From positions 7,582 to 71,581 of the forward strand of contig CAZYES010000001.1 of the NCBI GenBank assembly GCA_964646515.1: DNA of 64,000 bases, read 5' to 3'. Source of the DNA: an uncultured Candidatus Saccharibacteria bacterium (GTDB lineage Bacteria; Patescibacteriota; Minisyncoccia; Phycocordibacterales; PALSA-1337). Shown piece after piece: positions 58,242-64,000 of the stretch. Under the pieces are notes generated by a model, which saw only the letters and a program-made list of their open reading frames with translations, was not told the origin of the DNA and ran no database searches. How positions within the stretch are numbered: the stretch's first letter is position 1; every line of letters begins with the position of its first letter. The translations under genes were made by a program, and so were the position numbers.

Positions 58242-60539
58242 TCAGATTATTGATCCGTTTTGTTCGCTTGATGTCTCGATAGTGTCATCTTTTGTTTCTG
58301 CTCCGACCCCGATAATTTCTCGTGGTTTTGTGCCATGGGCTTTACCAACAACTCCTTTTTCTTCCAGCATATCTATAAGTTTGGCTGCTCGTGAATATCC
58401 TATGCCCAATTTTCTTTGTATATACGATGTCGAGGCCTTGCCAGCAGAAATGACTTCTTCACGCGCTTTCTCGTATAATTCATCCTTTTCTTTTTCCTCT
58501 ATTGAGTCGTCTTCTGTCATAGAATCAAAAACAGCGTTTGCACCAGCTTCTGTCGGCGTCAGATTTATTTCGTCAATGATTTCGTCCTTATATGAATCTA
58601 TCAAGTATTTGACCACTTTCTTTACTTCTGATTCGGAAATGAAAGCAGATTGTAGGCGTACTGGCTTGGACATTTCACCTCCGAGGTAAAGCATATCTCC
58701 TGCGCCGAGAAGTTTTTCTGCCCCCATTTGATCTAGAATAGTTCTAGAGTCTATTTGTGAAGCCACTTGCAACGCGACACGAGTGGGAATATTGGCTTTT
58801 ATCAGTCCAGTTATGACATTGACGCTTGGTCGTTGTGTCGAGATAACGAGATGAATACCGGTGGCACGACTCATCTGGGCTAGACGTACTATGGCCGATT
58901 CCAGTTCTCGTGGATATGATTGCATGATGTCGGCAAGCTCATCTATTACTATAACAATGAATGGCATTGTTTCTGGCATTCTAGATGGCGAGGTCTCATA
59001 TTTGTCGGCGTCTTTCTTGTATTTTTCTATTGCCGGTAGCAGGACGCTCTTGTGATATGAGTCTATGTCTCGCGAACCATATTTTTGCAACACTTCGAAT
59101 CTCCGGATCATCTCTTTTGATGCCCATCTCAAGGCAAGGATGGATTTTTTTGGATCGGTAATAACCGGAGTCAAAAGATGCGGGATTTTGTTATACATTG
59201 TCAGTTCTACGCGCTTTGGATCGATCATGATGAATTTCAGATTTTCTGGAGAGTTGCGGTAGAGAAGGGAAGTAATAAGGGCGTGAATAGATACAGACTT
59301 TCCGGCCCCAGTGGCTCCGGCGATGAGGATGTGCGGTGCTTTGCCGAGATTGCTAAAATGTGCTCGACCAGCAATATCTTTGCCCAGCGAAATAAGTAAG
59401 GGCTTTTCTGATTCTTGAAAATCGGATGAAGCCAAGAGAGTTGCCAAGCCGACAGTAGTTTTTGCCGTATTCGGTACCTCTATACCAACCAGAGACTTAC
59501 CTGGAATGGGGGCCTCAATACGTATGGGGTGCGCTGCCAAAGCTAGAGCCAAGTCGTTATTCAGAGCAACGATTCTTGATAGCTTTACGCCTTCTGCTGG
59601 CTTTAGCGCATATCGTGTGACCGATGGGCCGATAGAGATCTCATCCATCTCTACGGTGATGCCGAAATTTTTCAAAGTGCGCTTGATGATATTGGCATTG
59701 GCTTTGATATCACCTGTTTCTGGTTTACCACGGTCTTTTTCTAGGAGCGACAACGGCGGGGCGGTGTACGGTCTCAGATGAGGTACTACTACAGATGAAG
59801 CAAAACCGTATTCTTCATCATCCGTGAAGTCTAGAGAATTTCCTCTTTTATTTTTCATTTCTTGATTTTTGTCGGTTTCTTTATTTGAATTTGACCTTAC
59901 GCCGTCGACGTCTTTTGAATCTTTGGAAACATTTGTTACCGCTTTCAAGATAGCCGCTTCTTCATGGGCATCCATCTTGCCGTCCTTTTTAGTTTCTAAG
60001 ATTTTTTCCTTCTTGGCGAATAGTGAGAATATATCTTTCCAGGTAAAATATATATTGAACATCATCACAATCGAGACGACGAATATAGCAATAAGCAAAG
60101 TGGTGGTTGCCCAGTAATCGATTGTTTTTATCAGTGGGGTGGCGATCCAACGTCCAAAGATACCTCCCGCTCCGGCGTAGCAAATATGGATAATACCCAA
60201 ACCAGAGACTAGGAATAATATTGCCCCGACGCCTTTGGACATTTCAAATTTTTTCTTGAGTCCCTGCAGAAGTGATATACCTAACATGGCGAATATGGTA
60301 GGAATGAGATAGTAACCAATGCCGAAGAATTTGAAAGAAAACATAAATACATATTTTCCCACTTCACCGGCTTTGTCTATGGCAGCCAATAAGGAAAGTA
60401 TAGTTATCAAAAAACATAATATCGATAAGATAAGGTGTACGGTTTCGTCGCGCATTTCCTCCCAGAATCGAATCTTTTTTGGTATATCAAAGTCTTTTTT
60501 CTTTGCCATGGTAATGATTATAGCATTTTTTATTATCAC
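58242..60539 (-). CDS. ftsK: DNA translocase FtsK/SpoIIIE
   Basis: N-terminal TMs, the motor domain GATGAGKSV, and a C-terminal gamma winged-helix. Confidence 0.9.
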   Translation of the reverse strand: MIIKNAIIITMAKKKDFDIPKKIRFWEEMRDETVHLILSILCFLITILSLLAAIDKAGEVGKYVFMFSFKFFGIGYYLIPTIFAMLGISLLQGLKKKFEMSKGVGAILFLVSGLGIIHICYAGAGGIFGRWIATPLIKTIDYWATTTLLIAIFVVSIVMMFNIYFTWKDIFSLFAKKEKILETKKDGKMDAHEEAAILKAVTNVSKDSKDVDGVRSNSNKETDKNQEMKNKRGNSLDFTDDEEYGFASSVVVPHLRPYTAPPLSLLEKDRGKPETGDIKANANIIKRTLKNFGITVEMDEISIGPSVTRYALKPAEGVKLSRIVALNNDLALALAAHPIRIEAPIPGKSLVGIEVPNTAKTTVGLATLLASSDFQESEKPLLISLGKDIAGRAHFSNLGKAPHILIAGATGAGKSVSIHALITSLLYRNSPENLKFIMIDPKRVELTMYNKIPHLLTPVITDPKKSILALRWASKEMIRRFEVLQKYGSRDIDSYHKSVLLPAIEKYKKDADKYETSPSRMPETMPFIVIVIDELADIMQSYPRELESAIVRLAQMSRATGIHLVISTQRPSVNVITGLIKANIPTRVALQVASQIDSRTILDQMGAEKLLGAGDMLYLGGEMSKPVRLQSAFISESEVKKVVKYLIDSYKDEIIDEINLTPTEAGANAVFDSMTEDDSIEEKEKDELYEKAREEVISAGKASTSYIQRKLGIGYSRAAKLIDMLEEKGVVGKAHGTKPREIIGVGAETKDDTIETSSEQNGSII

Positions 60540-60751
60540 CGCGAAAACTTATTGGGGTTAACATTGAATGGGATTAAAATCTCAGGATAGTAGAAGTATG
60601 TTGCGTGAAACTACTTGTGGTAATTGGCGTTATATTAGAAGCGTCTGGCCCCCATTTTGGTCATTTGAAAGTGGTACAAAAAGTTGTTCCTTGCATTGTC
60701 TAGTTACCCAAGTATTTTAGCTGGACGATTTTCTGATGGCGAGTTTTGTGC

Positions 60752-60779
60752 TTGCAAATAAAAGTCACAGGATTATAAT
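60752..60779 (+). promoter_or_regulatory. sigma70-type promoter
   Basis: TTGCAA, a 16-nt spacer, TATAAT. Confidence 0.5.
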
Positions 60780-60856
60780 AGACATGTCAAAGACATACGA
60801 GTGTAGATCCCCTAAAGGACGCACAGGAAGTCTTCAAGGTCATATATTTAACTATA

Positions 60857-61657
60857 ATGGACAAAAAAAATACAAACAACAGTGAGTCCTTTAATGATCC
60901 ATTAAAGTGGAGATCGTTGGGTTTTTTCTCTGCTGAAGATTATCTGATATACATTTTCAAAAAGACAGAAAAAATCACGGCTGCTCTTTATTTGGTTTCT
61001 GGACTTCTCAAGGACGATGAACCTATCAAATGGGAATTGCGTGATAGGGGCATAGATCTCCTGTCTTCGTCTTTTATGGCATCGAGTTCTACTCCTGGAG
61101 ATAAAAATATGATTATACAGTCACTTTTTACCGCTGCCCTGGAAACACTTTCGCTTTTGAATGTAGCTAGGATTTCCAATCTTGTTACAGAGATGAATCA
61201 CAAGATTCTAGTGCGTGAAATTGATATGATTGTCAGTATGCTCCGCGATCGTTTGGCACAGAATGCGGAAAATGCCGGATATGTTTTGTCAGAGTCCTTC
61301 TTTAGGACACCAGATCTGTTTTCTTCTGGTTTTAGATCGGACAATAAGGACAGAGGGAAACGCGGAGTATTTAACTCTGTTGAAGGGGTTGCGGATAGCA
61401 ATCTCGGATCTTTGAAAAATGTAGATAATTCAAGGGTTATTCAAGGACATGTCAGTACTCAAGTAAAAAAGACACAGAGACAAGAGGCGATTCTGATCGC
61501 CCTCAGGGAACAGTCCAATCTGACTATAAAGGACTTTTCGAAAGTCATAAAAGACTGCAGTGAAAAGACGATACAACGTGAACTGTTGGAGTTGGTTGAT
61601 AGGGGGGTGATAAAAAGGGAGGGGGAAAGGAGGTGGAGTAGGTACTCATTGAAGTAG
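60857..61657 (+). CDS. hypothetical protein with C-terminal winged helix-turn-helix DNA-binding domain (putative transcription regulator)
   Basis: C-terminal QEAILIALREQSNLTIKDFSKVIKDCSEKTIQRELLELVDRGVIKREG resembles DeoR/HTH_11-type wHTH domains. The N-terminal ~190 aa is unassigned. Confidence 0.5.
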   Translation: MDKKNTNNSESFNDPLKWRSLGFFSAEDYLIYIFKKTEKITAALYLVSGLLKDDEPIKWELRDRGIDLLSSSFMASSSTPGDKNMIIQSLFTAALETLSLLNVARISNLVTEMNHKILVREIDMIVSMLRDRLAQNAENAGYVLSESFFRTPDLFSSGFRSDNKDRGKRGVFNSVEGVADSNLGSLKNVDNSRVIQGHVSTQVKKTQRQEAILIALREQSNLTIKDFSKVIKDCSEKTIQRELLELVDRGVIKREGERRWSRYSLK

Positions 61658-62233
61658 TGCCTCGCTCGATGTTTGGCCACCCATAATTTGGAGTAAGGAT
61701 ATGGGAAAAATGTAGGGAATTGACTTTTGGGTCTTTTTACACTAATATGGCTCTGTTAGTGGCTGTTGTCGGAAAATCTTAATTTTATGGATTTTTTAAC
61801 GGATTACCCCTTAATTTTACGTTTAATAATTTTGTGAATTTAACAATATGTGGTTATCCACAAGTTCTTTTGCTTTACATCCCGTAGATGAGATATAATG
61901 TTTTGTAACGAGTGTGCAATCAGGTCGTCTAGTATTGCATACTTGTCCCAGAGCAGTAGTGCTTAGGGAAAATTTCTCTGCTTTGCTCCTAGAGTTTGAG
62001 TAGAGAAAAAGTCCGCTTTAGTTTTTAATAAAAAGTTAGAGCGTGACAAGTCGAACTTTGACAACTTAATAATATGTCACAAGTTCGTTTAGATTAGCCA
62101 CAAACTCTTTTTACTTTGCGTGTCGATAGCGCATTTTGTAAAAAGAAGTGGATTATTAGTTAGTTTATAAATCGCATTAACTTCTCCCTCATTATTAATA
62201 ATCGGAGAAGGTGCGTTAATTATTAAATCAAAA

Positions 62234-64000
62234 ATGAAAAAGTTTCTTATTGCATCTGGCGTTACTTTCTTAGCTTTCGCCACGATCGTAGGAGCACAGA
62301 CTCAGACCTTCAATTCCAACTTGACTGTTGGTTCGACAGGTTCCGAGGTTGTTGCTCTTCAGGAAGTTCTCTTGAATGCAGGATACGATATTCCGGCTCT
62401 TAGCAGTGGTACGGCTACCAAAGGTTATTTTGGTTCACAAACCAAATCAGCCGTTATGAAGTACCAAGCCGAAAACGGTATTCCTAACACAGGTTTCGTA
62501 GGTCCTCTTACTAGAGCAGCTTTGAATGCTGGTGGTCCAGTAGCTGGTGGTTCAGTAGTTTGCCCAGCGGGCTTCGATTGTACCCCGAACACCCCAGTAG
62601 TTGTTAATTGCCCAGTTGGATATACATGTATACCTAAGGGCAGTACAGTTCCTCCAGTTACCACAATAGGTGCTGAAGGTGTAATGACTACCAAGTTGGC
62701 CTCATCTCCTATTGCAGATTCGAACATAGTTATTTCGTCAAATGTTCCTGTGTATGGAATTGATGTCAAGGCACAAGGATCAGATATGGTCGTTGACCGC
62801 GTTCTTCTTCAGATGTCAGTCGGTGTGGGTACTGAAACTGGTAGCCCTAGCAACCCGGCTACTTTTGTGAGAACACTTTATGCTTATGATGGTTCTACTC
62901 TTTTGAAGAGTTGGAATCTTTCGCCTGCTGACTTCAACAAAGATTCATCCGATCGTTACTATGTAATAGCTTCAGGTATGCGTTTTGTTGTTCCTAAGGA
63001 CACAACCAAGACACTCACCTTTGCTGTTGACACCAGTGGTGTAGCGGCAGATATGAGTTCTCGTTATCTCAGAATTCAAGGTTATGCAGGAAACACCCAG
63101 AACGTACGTGCAGTTGATGGTGCCGGCTTGAGCAATTACACAGATATGTCTGGAACCAGCAATAGTCGTTTGCAAGTTTTTGCCACATCTGGCAACTCAA
63201 CGGTAACAGCTACGGTAAATTCAGCTCTTTCGCCAAAGTCCACAAATAACAAAGTTGACTCTACGGATGGTGTAAAGGAGCTAACTATGCAAGCTTTTGA
63301 TCTCAAGTCAACAACTGGTGCTTCAAAGGTCACAAAGATCTGTGCTTCAGCTGCTGCTACAACGACAGACAATCTTCCAACAACTTTGTATCTTTATGAT
63401 GGTTCATCTAGACTCGCTTCTGTTTCTGCATCAGCCAGTATTGGTGGGGTGGCCTGCTTTACTGACCTGACCATAAACATTGCGAAAGATGCCACCAAGA
63501 CGCTTTTGTTGAAAGCTGATTTTCCAAAAACAGTTCTTAACGCTTCGGCTTCAACTACGATCATAGCAAGTGGTGTAGTTTGGGAGAAACCAGATAGCAC
63601 TACTGCATCTAGTACTCCTTCTGCAGCTATTGCTAGTAACAATCAACGCTTTTACTCAGCGGCCCCTCAATGGAAGCTGGTTAGCGCGACTGCTGTAGCA
63701 AATGGCGCTGGATATAGTGGAGCAACTAGCTCGGTTACTGCCACCATGGTGTTAAGCGCAAAGGCTGTTGGTGGTGCTATGACAAAACCGGTTTTGACAG
63801 ACTTCGATATGGTCTTCGCTTCTAGTACGGTTGCCAATGGTGGTTATGTGGATGGTACTACCAGTATTGCTACTACTCCAGGAATTCAGGTCAGTCCTTC
63901 TGATGCCACGATCGGAGAGGATGGTACTTACACGGTCACATTGACTGGTACATTGTATTCAAACAGTGTTTCTGCAAGTGCTCCGTACTTCATGGCTGTT
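62234..64000 (+). CDS. large secreted protein (3' partial at window edge): signal peptide, PG_binding_1 peptidoglycan-binding domain, CPxGFxC/CPVGYTC motifs, repeated beta-rich domains
   Basis: Open plus-strand frame from the ATG at 62234 to the window end. It is absent from the ORF track, which shows only antisense ORFs here. N-terminal signal peptide MKKFLIASGVTFLAFATIVGAQT, followed by a peptidoglycan-binding domain beginning VGSTGSEVVALQEVLLNAGYDIPA. Confidence 0.75.
   Translation, partial: MKKFLIASGVTFLAFATIVGAQTQTFNSNLTVGSTGSEVVALQEVLLNAGYDIPALSSGTATKGYFGSQTKSAVMKYQAENGIPNTGFVGPLTRAALNAGGPVAGGSVVCPAGFDCTPNTPVVVNCPVGYTCIPKGSTVPPVTTIGAEGVMTTKLASSPIADSNIVISSNVPVYGIDVKAQGSDMVVDRVLLQMSVGVGTETGSPSNPATFVRTLYAYDGSTLLKSWNLSPADFNKDSSDRYYVIASGMRFVVPKDTTKTLTFAVDTSGVAADMSSRYLRIQGYAGNTQNVRAVDGAGLSNYTDMSGTSNSRLQVFATSGNSTVTATVNSALSPKSTNNKVDSTDGVKELTMQAFDLKSTTGASKVTKICASAAATTTDNLPTTLYLYDGSSRLASVSASASIGGVACFTDLTINIAKDATKTLLLKADFPKTVLNASASTTIIASGVVWEKPDSTTASSTPSAAIASNNQRFYSAAPQWKLVSATAVANGAGYSGATSSVTATMVLSAKAVGGAMTKPVLTDFDMVFASSTVANGGYVDGTTSIATTPGIQVSPSDATIGEDGTYTVTLTGTLYSNSVSASAPYFMAV

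Noticed and set aside
62425-63642. Several listed minus-strand ORFs (62425-62769, 62972-63175, 63136-63372, 63394-63642)
   Set aside because: All are antisense to one continuous plus-strand ORF that starts at 62234 and runs off the window. That ORF carries a signal peptide and a PG-binding domain. They are shadow ORFs.
1-64000. Search for CRISPR repeats, tRNA T-loop signatures (GGTTCGAATCC and variants), rRNA and transposase/integrase genes
   Set aside because: No regularly spaced direct repeats, no convincing tRNA cloverleaf signatures, and no IS/integrase-like ORFs were seen by eye in intergenic regions. A tRNAscan/ARAGORN run is still advisable for 38.9-39.5 kb.

Overview
The window reads as a low-GC (~40%), gene-dense bacterial chromosome segment whose gene content points to a Candidate Phyla Radiation / Patescibacteria-type reduced genome. 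That assignment is an inference from gene content: a split ComEC, eukaryote-like IleRS and an alpha2-type GlyRS, a type IV pilus locus, many ribosomal proteins with lysine-rich extensions, and large secreted surface proteins. Features supported by the sequence include (1) a type IV pilus module, pilB-pilC convergent with three tandem prepilin genes plus a PilX-like gene; (2) glycolysis genes tpiA-pgk; (3) recJ, rnhA and a two-piece comEC; (4) an str operon (rpsL-rpsG-fusA ... tuf) followed by a fragmented S10/spc ribosomal cluster. In that cluster rpsJ-rplC is followed by a HlyD/ABC/FtsX (MacAB-like) efflux system instead of rplD-rplW-rplB, then rpsS through rplE, then folD; (5) a thymidylate/one-carbon module (folD, folA, dcd, thyA, dCMP deaminase, tmk, glyA) that surrounds a secE-nusG-rplK fragment; (6) four aminoacyl-tRNA synthetase genes (argS, ileS, glyS, metG), with recO, an M16 peptidase, an AI-2E transporter and tatD; (7) rpsF-ssb-rpsR, efp, recA and ftsK; (8) two paralogous secreted proteins carrying a CPxGYxC motif, one with a peptidoglycan-binding domain. 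The most striking observation is an in-frame ~200-aa histidine-phosphatase (PGAM/CobC/SixA-like; RHGE, SPxxRTxETA and THE motifs) domain inserted inside the isoleucyl-tRNA synthetase. Two ORF-poor, GC-enriched and hairpin-rich intergenic regions (about 14.84-15.30 kb and 38.94-39.45 kb), each bounded by an intrinsic terminator, are candidate structured ncRNAs that I could not classify by eye. I did not recognise any CRISPR array, tRNA, rRNA or transposase/IS element.
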